Of a stretch of 64,000 bases of DNA, positions 47,346 to 58,075 are shown one piece after another. Location: the NCBI GenBank assembly GCA_051942205.1, contig JAVECO010000108.1, forward strand, positions 1-64,000, written 5' to 3'. The stretch comes from Coniocarpon cinnabarinum. Its lineage: Eukaryota. The stretch's first letter is position 1; each line of letters opens with the position of its first letter. The notes under the pieces are model-generated. The model saw only the letters and a program-made list of their open reading frames with translations. It was not told where the DNA came from and made no database searches. The position numbers and the translations under genes were made by a program.

Positions 47346-48229
47346 AATATCATCGCGGCATTATGAAAAGGCAACGAGGAATGCCTATACTTTATACTGG
47401 CGTTCTAATGGCTCACGTAACGGACGACCTTGGTCGACGGATTGGGTTGATTGGGTTTCAGGCAGCGCGAACGCATTTACAGAAGGCAGCTGGCGCGGTG
47501 GGAAAGTACGTAGAATCTGTGGAGGCTCTGTGGATAGAGTAGTGTGCAATCCGATGTTCGACTTCTTAATTTGCCAGTTCCGCTTTTTGGCACCCGCACT
47601 TGCTTAATAGATGGCTGCGTAGATGCGTCGCGGTCACGATAATCAACTTATAGTACTGTCCACGAGGATCCAAGCAAAGAGGTGGCAGTTGCGGCTCAAT
47701 GATACCATGCTACCTGACTAGGTAAAACGCAAAAAGTGCTCGAGCGCCTTCCCTTCTTGAAAAAACTCCAAAAATTACATTTCCCTGCTTTCTCCTACGT
47801 ATCTCCTCTTTCTTTTACCCCCGTCGTCCAGTCTCTCTGTCAAGGCAAAGGTCTGCTTATCGCCAGCTCCTTTTCCCTTGCATCCCCCATAAGTCAACAA
47901 ATTAACCCAAAAAAATTTGAAAACCTGCAAAAAAAGTCACTCAACCCAGCTTTCCGATCTTCCGTTGTTCTTCTCAACGGATTGCCGCACCCGCTTTACG
48001 ACCACAAGGTCTACTAACAGCTTCGAATTCTAGGTCAAGCAGCTCGACTTGCTCGACCTTTTTTCCCACAGTCGACCGTCTACGTCTCTTGAGTCGCCAG
48101 GCAGACCTGTTAGTAAATTCAGCGCAACGCACGCACTCGACCAGTGATTCGACAACGTCAAGACTAACCGTCCGTCAAGGCAACGTTCTTCAATCCTGCA
48201 AAAGAGTAAACGCGCGTTGCTGTACGACC

Positions 48230-50530
48230 ATGGCCACTGCAACTTCTCCAGATCAAGCTGCGTCGCCTGTCAACGGTGGTACAAATGGTCCTACTTCTAT
48301 CAACACCAATGTGGCCAACGGTCCATCTGAAGTCAGCGATGCTCCAACTCCAACTTCAGCCGCTCCTTCTACTGCTCCGCAGAACTCTGCTTCGCTCTAT
48401 GTTGGCGAACTCGATCCGTCCGTGACGGAGGCCATGCTCTTTGAGCTCTTTTCTAGCATCGGTCAGGTTGCTTCAATCCGCGTCTGTCGTGACGCCATTA
48501 CCCGCCGCTCGCTTGGCTACGCATACGTCAACTACAACAGCGCCCCGGATGGCGAGCGCGCTCTTGAGGAGTTGAACTACACGCTTATCAAGGGCAAGCC
48601 TTGCCGCATCATGTGGTCCCAGCGTGATCCAGCTTTGCGTAAGACTGGTCAGGGCAACGTCTTCATCAAGAATCTGGATGGCGCCATTGATAACAAGGCA
48701 CTTCACGATACGTTTGCGGCTTTTGGGACGATTCTCAGCTGCAAAGTCGCGCAGGATGAGCTGGGCAATTCCAAGGGCTATGGGTTCGTCCATTACGACA
48801 CTTCCGATGCTGCGAACAACGCCATCAAGCACGTTAATGGCATGCTGTTGAATGAGAAGAAGGTCTACGTCGGCCACCACATTCCCAAAAAGGATCGCAT
48901 GAGCAAATTCGAGGAGATGAAGCAGCATTTCACAAACGTCTATGTCAAGAACATCGAATCTTCCGTCACCGATGATGAGTTCCGCGAAATGTTTGAGAAG
49001 TTCGGAGAAGTCACTTCAGCATCTCTTGCGCGTGATGAAGAGGGGAAGAGCCGGGGGTTCGGATTCGTCAACTTCGTCAGCCATGAAGCCGCGCAAGACG
49101 CCGTGGAACAGCTGCACGAATCCGACCTGAAGGGCCAAAAGCTGTATGTTGGACGAGCGCAGAAGAAGCACGAGCGCGAGGAAGAACTTCGCAAGCAGTA
49201 TGAAACCGCTCGTGCTGAAAAAGCGTCCAAGTACCAGGGTGTCAACTTGTATGTCAAGAATCTGGATGATGAGATCGATGATGACAAGCTCCGCGAGCTG
49301 TTCGAGAACTTTGGTATGATCACTTCGGCCAAGGTCATGCGCGATACGCAGCCGCTTGACGCCGCGGAAGCTGTGAAGGATGAGGACAAGGAGCAGGAAG
49401 TGGAGAAAAAGGACGACGAAGCCGACAAGGAGGACGGTGAAGGTGAAAAGAAAGACGGCCAGGAAGGCGAGAAAGTCACCATCAAGGGAGAGAAGAAGGT
49501 CCTGGGCAAGAGCAAGGGCTTTGGATTCGTGTGCTTCAGCAATCCCGACGAAGCTACCAAAGCCGTCACCGAGATGAACCAGAAGATGGTGAACGCCAAG
49601 CCTCTGTACGTGGCTCTTGCTCAGCGCAAGGATGTCCGCAAGAACCAGCTGGAGGCCAGCATCCAGGCTCGCAACCAACTTCGGATGCAACAAGCCGCTG
49701 CTGCGGCTGGAATGCCCAACCAAGCTGCGTTTGGCATGCAGCCTCCGATGATGTACCAACCACAACAGTTCGGCGGCCGCGGACAGATGCCTTTCATGGG
49801 GCCAGGTGGTCGCGGCGGCTTCCCGGGAATGCCTCAGCAAGCTGGTGGTCGTGGTGGTCCTATGGGTCAACAGATGCCTGGCATGTTTGGCATGCCTCCG
49901 AACATGGCCGGTGGACTTCCTGCACAAGCATACCAGAACCCGGCCTACATGCAGCAGCTCATGCAAGCAGCTCAAGTCGCTCAAGCCGCTCAAGCTATGG
50001 GGGGCCGTGGTGGTGCTCAGCGTGGAATGCCAATGATGCCAGGTATGCCACCAAACATGGGCGGCATGCCGGCTATGCGTGGGGGTCCTGGCTTCCCTCA
50101 AGGTGGACGCGGAGGCCCGAATGCGCAGATGGGTGGACGCGGCGGCTTGGGCTACGGCGGCGCTCGTGGCGGCATGCCTCCTCAGATGAGTCAGATGCCC
50201 GGTCAGCCTGGACCTGACGGCGTGGACCTTGACGCCTTGTCCGGCGCTCCTCCTCAGCAACAGAAGCAGATGCTGGGTGAGGCACTGTACCCCAAGATTC
50301 ATGCGCAGCAGCCCGAGCTTGCCGGAAAAATCACTGGCATGCTCCTCGAGATGGACAATCAAGAGTTGTTGAGTCTCACTACTGACGACAGCGCCCTTCG
50401 TGCCAAGGTCAGCGAGGCTATGACCGTCTACGATGAATACATGCGCAACAACAAAGAGGCTGACAAGGGCGGTCTCGATGGCGCTGTTCCTGGCGACGAA
50501 AATCAGAAGCCCGACGGCGAGAAGGCTTAG
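48230..50530 (+). CDS. PAB1: Cytoplasmic poly(A)-binding protein
   Basis: Four RRMs ([34 protein letters not shown]), Gly/Gln/Met linker, MLLE domain ([13 protein letters not shown]). Confidence 0.98.
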   Translation: MATATSPDQAASPVNGGTNGPTSINTNVANGPSEVSDAPTPTSAAPSTAPQNSASLYVGELDPSVTEAMLFELFSSIGQVASIRVCRDAITRRSLGYAYVNYNSAPDGERALEELNYTLIKGKPCRIMWSQRDPALRKTGQGNVFIKNLDGAIDNKALHDTFAAFGTILSCKVAQDELGNSKGYGFVHYDTSDAANNAIKHVNGMLLNEKKVYVGHHIPKKDRMSKFEEMKQHFTNVYVKNIESSVTDDEFREMFEKFGEVTSASLARDEEGKSRGFGFVNFVSHEAAQDAVEQLHESDLKGQKLYVGRAQKKHEREEELRKQYETARAEKASKYQGVNLYVKNLDDEIDDDKLRELFENFGMITSAKVMRDTQPLDAAEAVKDEDKEQEVEKKDDEADKEDGEGEKKDGQEGEKVTIKGEKKVLGKSKGFGFVCFSNPDEATKAVTEMNQKMVNAKPLYVALAQRKDVRKNQLEASIQARNQLRMQQAAAAAGMPNQAAFGMQPPMMYQPQQFGGRGQMPFMGPGGRGGFPGMPQQAGGRGGPMGQQMPGMFGMPPNMAGGLPAQAYQNPAYMQQLMQAAQVAQAAQAMGGRGGAQRGMPMMPGMPPNMGGMPAMRGGPGFPQGGRGGPNAQMGGRGGLGYGGARGGMPPQMSQMPGQPGPDGVDLDALSGAPPQQQKQMLGEALYPKIHAQQPELAGKITGMLLEMDNQELLSLTTDDSALRAKVSEAMTVYDEYMRNNKEADKGGLDGAVPGDENQKPDGEKA

Positions 50531-52825
50531 ACAGCTTCTGTGAAGCCTCGTTGGCTGCCGGTCGCTTGAGCGATACCGTCATTACATTGGTCTTCTACAC
50601 AAGTCATCCTCCAGCTCAACGACGCAGAATCCCACACTTTTTCGATTCAAGTATGATACCCCTGTTTTAATCTCTCGCATCCACAGGTCTACCTTTCCCG
50701 GAGTTGGTCGCATCTGCGCCTGGCACATTGCAACGACTCCCAGTTCGGCCTCGATGCATTCTGGCGGCTTTCACTAGCACGGCCAGAAACTAACTCGTTC
50801 GATTTGGACACACACAACGTCCTTGACGCTGGCATTCACCAACGTGCCACTACATCAATGAAATTGTAATTCTAGTCTCCTTTGTTATGTATTCACCACC
50901 CAGGCGTCCCTCGCGATCATTGCAGGGAACCAGCTTGCGATCGGTATCAATGTCTCTCTCTCTATGCGTGGGAGAAGGGCACGCCTGGGGATGAGGGCGA
51001 GCATGCCGATCGTGTATGTTTGTAGCAGAGTCGCATGGCTATCTCGCATGCATGGCTAGCTAGTGGGAGGCACAATGAGAATGCAGGAGTTTCATTTCCA
51101 TGTTCATTTATCCATTTCCCACCCGTTGTGATCTGCTTGTCGTACTGCTCGTGTCGTCCTTCTCGTCGACTTTGGCTACTTTCGCCTCCATGCTAAGGCT
51201 ACTTCTCATCTTTGTCAATGCATTGAATCCTAGTGTCCGCGTGCCCCTCTAGATCATGATAGAAGAACCCACCTCTGCTGCTGAACATGGATGCCTCTGT
51301 GTTTCAAGCTGCCGTGCTCTTCACGAAACTTTTGACCATCGATGTCTTGGTTCTTGATTATCCACATCACAATCAATTAATCGTGAAATTCGTGGCGATC
51401 GGCGTCTAAGTTCTTGACTGTCATAGCCAAGTTATAATCAACCACAGTGTTCTTGGTGAAGCGATATTTCCCTTACCAATATTATACTCACTTTACCATA
51501 CTCATGTCATACTCACTAAGGAGAATGCTTACCAGTATACCAACGAGTATAGATCGCTAACGTCAATAACGACACGGAGTGTTGCCGCCTGTATTTCCGA
51601 CTAATTTCTGAGTCTGACTGCTACTATATCTAGTAAATGGTAATTACTATTATTATACTTAATTTATACAAGTATTTTGGTATCATATCGTAACCAGAAA
51701 AGGCTATACTATGTCGCTTTTATCAATTAATACTCATAACTAACCTATATTAACTGCTTTACTGAGAACACTGATCAACCTTGCGCAAATCAGTCCACTA
51801 TACACTAATGAATTAACCAACCAACCAACTAATCAACTAACCAACCAATCGACCAGATAGCCAAGAAGCTAGTGTAAGCACATGATCCTCTTTCTCGTTA
51901 TCGATTCACTTGTTCTTAAAGATAGAGGATACTATCCCGTGCCATTAAATAGACCGTCTCGATTACGTCTACGTCTGGTTATTGCCTTATTTCATGTCTG
52001 GGCAACTTGGGCATCTGCGATGTGGTCTTAAAAGAATGTCCGTGACTTGGCTAGCAGTCGCGGTGGACTCGTTCATCGTAAGCACGTCTTCTTCCGTGCC
52101 CTCGGGGGTGTCTTTTCTTTTCTTTTCTTTTCTGTTCTGAGAGCTGTTCCAAACGTATGAATCGCTAGGTGTCGTTGTACGCTTGTATCGGGGGTTTCAC
52201 TGCTTACGTGATATAGACGATTTAGATCTTATCTCGCTATCGGGGTTTTGACGTAGTTTTATTTGATGTTTGTTTTGAATTTGCATAGTCTTGCCTTGCC
52301 TTGCCTTCGCAGCGGTCGGCTTATGAGGTCTGCTCGTCTTGACTTGACGGAAAAGAAAGCATAGATAGTGGGGTGTGATGAGATGAGATGAGACACTGAA
52401 ATTGGGACGTGATGTGCATCTACGACATGTGAGCCATGTTTATAGCCATGAAACGGATCAGGCAATACATGGAGCTAGCTCGTATACTTCTTTAGATCTT
52501 TAGAAAGACGGCAGCAAGGAAAAGAATATGAGCGAAAGGCTATTTCGCAGAAAAGAAAAGAGGAGGCGTAAGTGCAGCACACAGGACATCAAGCGCTTGA
52601 GAGCATGCCGTGCTTCTCAGGGAATGGAGTGACGTTGGCTGCGTTTGGGAAACCATGTTGGATTCAACGAACTCCAGTTGCTGCTTTGGCTTTGGGTAAT
52701 GAGCTGGCTGACTTTCGTGCTCCAACTTTCGAACTAGCAGTAGATCTTCTGGGATTATACCCACGCTCCGATTGTAGACGCCGATACATCTCCTCGTACG
52801 AAAGTCGCAGCTCGTCGAAACGAAA

Positions 52826-54961
52826 TTACGCCCTCGTGGATCTCCAAGCAGCCATGCCTGCACCTTTGTCTTCTTCTTCTTCTTCTTCTTCTTCTTCCCC
52901 CTCCAAGACTTCAAGGACCGAGCCCACGAGGTGCAAACTCCCCGTCACCAGCACACTCGTCCGATCCCCCTTGTCTGTCCGTTGCTCTGCAGCCTGACGT
53001 TCTCGTGCCTGCGCTTCCTGGACGCCTGCGTGAGTCTGACCCCCTCTCCCGGCGATGACCTGACACAACGCCACAGCCTCGTGCACATTCTTGAGCACGT
53101 GCGTCTCCACGTGTTCATCCAGCCCCTTCATCACCTCCGCAAGTGCACATTGCACCGACAAACTCTCCATTGCCGTTTCATCCGCCGTGCGATTTACCAG
53201 ACTGGCGTCTCCAGATCCAGCCACCAACTTTGGATGGTCAGGCGGGTAGGGCGTATTAGTGCAGAAGAGCGCGTGCGTGAACGGCATTCGGCCTTGTTGG
53301 TGCAATTCGTGGTAGAGTGAGCGGATCAGCGCCACGGCGTCGCGGGTTTGTTGGTTAAAGAGGAGGATGCGCGGGCTGCTGGGTTCGTGTTCTTGTGCAA
53401 TGTGCGTGTTGTACCAGGAGGCGAGAAGGGGGACAGATTCCAATGTATGGGCGCCGTCGATGTACCAGTTGAGGCCTGCTTTGTCATCGTGTCGGACTTC
53501 GCAGCGGCCGGCCCATTTGGTTTGAGCGAGACCCGTTTGGAACTGCTTGAGGAGCGGATCAGAGGAGCCTGGTTGTGGGAGTTGAAGGGTTCCATCCTGC
53601 TGGGAAAGGAAGGCAGAGGATACGGCGACGGCGAGGGAGGCGTTCAATTTTTGGAAATTGGCTTCGAGTGAGATGGGGACTTCGTTGTTGGCGATGGAGG
53701 GATGTGTATGGATTAGCTGCAAGGTCTTACCCTGATCCCGGGCACGCCGTTCCAACACTTCCAGCGCGGGTGCCGGCTGAGAAGCAGATGCGTAAACCGT
53801 AGCTGAAGGCGAAGCCTCTTTGAAGATCCCAGACTTGTGCCACGCAATATTCTCGATTATATGGCCGAGCTGATCGAGGTGATCCATTCCCAGAGACGTC
53901 ACGGCCGTGATGGCAGGGGCCGGGACGATATTCGTGGAGTCGTACGCGCCGCCCATGCCGCACTCCATGATGGCGACGTCAACCTTTTCGGACAAGAACG
54001 CGTGGAAGGCTGTCAGGGTCAAGAAGCGGAAGTAGTTGGGTTTGGCGTGTTGGTCGGGGGACGGGAGGAGCTCGGACTCATGGCTGGAGTGGCTGATGCG
54101 GTCCCAGGTTTCGAAGAAGTATTTGGCGAAGAGGTGGGGCGGGAGGGGACCGTTGTCAATGCGGATGCGTTCGCGGACGGTGCGGAGGTGAGGAGAGGTG
54201 TACAGACCGACTTTCAGTGGCGATGTGGGTGTTGCTGACGGGCTTGAAGAGTGAAGATTGTCCGGCGTGGACGAAGACGTGCGAGAGGGGTACTGAGAGA
54301 GGATGGATGAGATGAACGCGGATGTGCTGCCCTTCCCTTTCGTGCCGGAGATATGAATGACATTCAACTTGTTCAGAACCGAGGGCTTTGCGAGATGTTA
54401 GCTATTTGCGATGTCTCGAATGAGACAAGGGTCGTCGACACTGTTGCTGAGCAGATAGGAGGATACCACGAGGAGAAGGGCACGCACACCTCATATCCTA
54501 ACCTTCGACACCACTCTACCATTTCCGGGATAGCCAAATCATTCGCACCATACCTGCCAGTGTCTCTGATGGCTTTGAGAGTCGCATAATTGCTCTGAAG
54601 GCTGTTGAGAGCCTCTACGGCGGCCTTGGATATGCATATCAGTCTCGAAGGGCTTTAAACACCTAGCCGTATGACACTGGTCCTCGCATACCGCGTAGTC
54701 TCTGGCCATATTGCGTCCGGAGCTTGTGAAGGGTCGGCGAAACTTCAAATAGCCTGAGGAAACGCTATAACATCCTGCTTAACGAAGCATAGTTAGAAGA
54801 TACTTGAGGTGTTCTAGCGAGGTAGGCTTCCTTTTGTGTAAGAATACACTTTGTACGAGGGCGAATTTTGAAGCTGTAGAAGAAATTGAAATGCTATGAT
54901 CAAGATAACACGTACCTAGCCTATGGGTGGAGCATCTACGGGATATCGAAGAAACATTCAT
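52826..54961 (-). CDS. MET7: Folylpolyglutamate synthetase; long (presequence) form from ATG 54961, short form from ATG 54709
   Basis: MARDYA|AAVEALNSLQSN, IHISGTKGKGSTSAF, GLYTSPHL, ECGMGGAYDSTN, WAGRC, WYIDGAHT, VLVTGSLHLVG. Confidence 0.92.
52870..52896 (+). repeat. (CTT)9 microsatellite encoding the poly-Glu tail of FPGS
   Basis: Direct reading; GAA repeats on the coding strand. Confidence 0.9.
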
Positions 54962-55300
54962 ATATTTGTACCTACACTGCAGGGGAACAAGACGCCGATT
55001 GCCAAAGCAGAGTCACACTCCAGCCTCTCGCCCAATATTTTGAAGGAACCAAGAATTATACGCGTAGTCACAGGTATGGTCTAGTAATCCCGAGATTCAT
55101 TTTGTTGAAGCGTGTTCGCGGACCGTAATCAGTGAGGCGCGCCGGGACAAGACTTTTGCAAGTCAGGAGTCAATCACGTGGTACCAACTTCCGATAGGTA
55201 GTCTACGTGCCGCGCGCTAGCCTAGCGCTGTCGGCTAATCCTCGTATGAAGCGGCGTCCAGAAGAAGGCGGATTTGGAGAAATTCAACAAACATCTTACA

Positions 55301-56702
55301 ATGCCTCCAGCGCCATGTCAACGGTGCAGCAAAGGACGAGCAGTCATCTTAAGACCCAAAGATCAATCGAAGCTTTGTAAGACCTGCTTCCTCGAATCTT
55401 TCGAGATCGAGATTCACCATACTATTACAAGTCACAATCTGTTCCGCCGTGGCGAGCGAGTGGCTGTGGGTGCCTCAGGCGGCAAAGACAGCACAGTTCT
55501 AGCATCCGTGCTCAAGACTCTGAATGAGCGGTACGACTACGGGTTGAATCTCATCCTGCTTAGCATCGATGAAGGCATTACAGGGTATCGAGACGACAGC
55601 CTCGAGACGGTGAAAAGGAACAGCGAGCAGTACCAAATGGAGCTATGCATTCTTGGGTATAAGGAACTTTACGGTTGGACAATGGATGAGGTTGTGAGGC
55701 AGATTGGCAAGAAGGGCAACTGCACGTATTGCGGTGTGTTTAGACGACAGGCCTTAGATCGTGGCGCAAGTCGCCTCGGTGTAAATCACGTTGTCACTGG
55801 CCATAATGCAGATGATGTCGCCGAAACTGTCTTGATGAACCGTACGCAAAGTGCCGCCCGAACACAATGTCCGGTTGCTGATTCTCAGCCGTGTAGTACT
55901 GCGTGGTGACTTGCCGCGTCTCAGTCGCGCCACATCCATCGTTACTGAATCACCATCATCTCCCATCAAGCGCTCCAAGCCACTCAAGTATGCATACGAG
56001 AAAGAGATCGTACTCTATGCACACCACAAAAAGCTGGAATACTTTTCAACAGAATGCATATACTCCCCTGAAGCTTTCCGTGGCAGCGCAAGAGCGCTTG
56101 TCAAGAATTTAGAGAAGATCCGTCCAAGCGCGATCTTGGATCTTGTTCGAAGTGGGGAAGACATGGCGAAGCTGATCCCTGAGAGTGTATCCGGCGCTAA
56201 CAAGCGCACAGGCGGTAAGGAGGCTGCGGCGTCGGCTGCTGACATTGACGAGGAGGAAGGTGCTGGAGGATGCGGAAGTGCTCACGGACGGAGCAGTGGG
56301 GGTGAGATGGCAGCCATGGAAAGGTTGCTCAATGAGAATGAGCGAGCCGAAAGTCACGAGATCGACCTGACTGCCTCGAAGCCCAATGGCCAGAACCACG
56401 ACAGGCATCACACTACCAATGACAACCATGCAAGTGCCAGCAGTATCGCAAACAGAGTTTCCGAGCTTAGTGTGCGGGACAACAGCGTCAACACTGCCAA
56501 AAACCTGCCAAAGCAGCAGATTGGCAAGTGTGAACGCTGCGGCTACATGTCGAGCCAGAAAATCTGTAAGGCTTGTGCGTTGTTAGAAGGTCTGAACAAG
56601 AATAGACCTGACCGCAGCATTGCAGTGGACCAAATGTGTTGTGATGGAGATAATCAGCCTGCTCGCAACCTGCCAATGGCGATATCTGATAGCAATGGAT
56701 GA
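55301..56702 (+). CDS. NCS6: Cytoplasmic tRNA 2-thiolation protein 1, 2 exons
   Basis: CxxC pairs, PP-loop [62 protein letters not shown]; intron ~55842-55896. Confidence 0.95.
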
Positions 56703-56733
56703 GCTGAAAAAGGCCTGACGGTTATGCTGTTCT

Positions 56734-57381
56734 CTACCCAGCAGCCTCTTTGACCTTGCTTTGCTCAGGAGATTCGTCGATAAATTCAGGGATATTAGTG
56801 TTGTCTTGCATGAATGCTGGCATTGCACCTTCGGACTCCATGCCAAAGTTTTCAAACTCTTGTTCGTCTCCCATAGCTTCCAGCTCTGCGTCCAATTCTG
56901 CCTCATCAACATCTTCTGGGACATCATAGCTCCGGCTGATACTCTCTTGAATGTCGTTACCAACATCGATTAGGTCAGCCATTTCATCTTGCATCTTCTC
57001 GATCTTGTCTACGTTGATCTTCCCATACTGCTTCTTCAAGTCTTTGGTAGTCGACTTCATGGCATCAACAGTGGTCATGGTGTTTTTCAGGTTGTCTTGC
57101 ATCATTCCAGCTTGCTCCATATTCCACGACTGGCTCTGTAATTGGTCGCGCTGCCCTTCATACATCTTTCGCTGTCGCAAGATCTTCAGCGCTTTCTGCT
57201 TGAGCGCACTCTTGCCCGGTCCATCGCGCATACGCGACATCTTCTGCTGATACGACGTGAGTTCCGCATTCAGCTTCGCGATTTTCACATCCGTAGATTC
57301 GATCCTTGAGTCGACATTTGAGATGGCTCCCTGCAAGGTGGGCTTCGGACCTGTTTGCTTTGCGCCGAAGAGACGATTCAT
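56734..57381 (-). CDS. VPS60: ESCRT-III Snf7-family protein Vps60 (CHMP5)
   Basis: MNRLFGAK, ALKILRQRKMYE, QSWNMEQAGMMQDNLKN, SRSYDVPEDVDEAELDAEL. Confidence 0.93.
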   Translation of the reverse strand: MNRLFGAKQTGPKPTLQGAISNVDSRIESTDVKIAKLNAELTSYQQKMSRMRDGPGKSALKQKALKILRQRKMYEGQRDQLQSQSWNMEQAGMMQDNLKNTMTTVDAMKSTTKDLKKQYGKINVDKIEKMQDEMADLIDVGNDIQESISRSYDVPEDVDEAELDAELEAMGDEQEFENFGMESEGAMPAFMQDNTNIPEFIDESPEQSKVKEAAG

Positions 57382-57578
57382 GCCGCAGTTGCTAAGCGGC
57401 CGGTTTGGAAGCGGACAAAAAGCGGAGAACGTATGGAGCAACTCCAAAATTGTACCTCAACGGTAAATAGGGAATAGGTCCCAGGTTGGAAATGCACAAT
57501 TGCGCTCTGCGCTTGTTGGCTGCAAGGCGACCTGTAGGTTGCGGTACTGGCGGGTGTGACTGGTACGTCATCAATAAG

Positions 57579-57594
57579 CCTAACCCTAAACCCA
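57579..57594 (+). promoter_or_regulatory. Telomere-like CCTAACCCTAAACCC motif in the divergent VPS60/SAP promoter (candidate Tbf1-type site)
   Basis: About 1.5-2 copies of the CCCTAA repeat in a non-coding divergent interval. Confidence 0.35.
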
Positions 57595-58075
57595 CTTCAG
57601 GGTGCGTGTCGGGTCGTGTGTGTTGACCGCCGAGTCACGACAAGCTCTCAAGCAGGCATATCAAATTCAATCCACTCTCTTCCCCTTGTTGCGACTACGA
57701 AGGCATTGCATAGCTCGCAAACTGCGGCTCGTACATCCTGTCATTGGCAACCCAAGAGCTGCAGCTTGTAAATTGGCAGCATTTCTCGACCACCACGTGC
57801 GGCCTATCTCTCTCTCTGCATCATCTCCTGTCACCGATCTGCATAACAGTGTTTCCGGTCTGAACCACTATTCCAGCTTCAGCACAATGATCAAGTGAGG
57901 CTGAAATGTCTCACATGCGCGCCCCATCCTATTCAATTGGTTCATAAAGCCATTGGGATTGTATAGGTGACTCGCATGACCGACTTGCTGAACAGTGCAT
58001 TGCATTCACACACGGCTAAAGCCGCACAACACTACCCGCTGAGGGGAGTCACCATAATACGGATGTGTGGAGAAG

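Noticed and set aside
48089..48229. 47-aa TTG-initiated N-terminal extension of PAB1 in the ORF track
   Set aside because: Spans an apparent 5'-UTR intron; the ATG at 48230 has strong context and gives a typical Pab1 N-terminus.
49016..50362. 448-aa antisense ORF over PAB1 (and similar long shadow ORFs over SHR3, VCX1 and the GH72 gene)
   Set aside because: Expected by-product of strong codon bias in highly expressed GC-rich genes; no independent coding signal.
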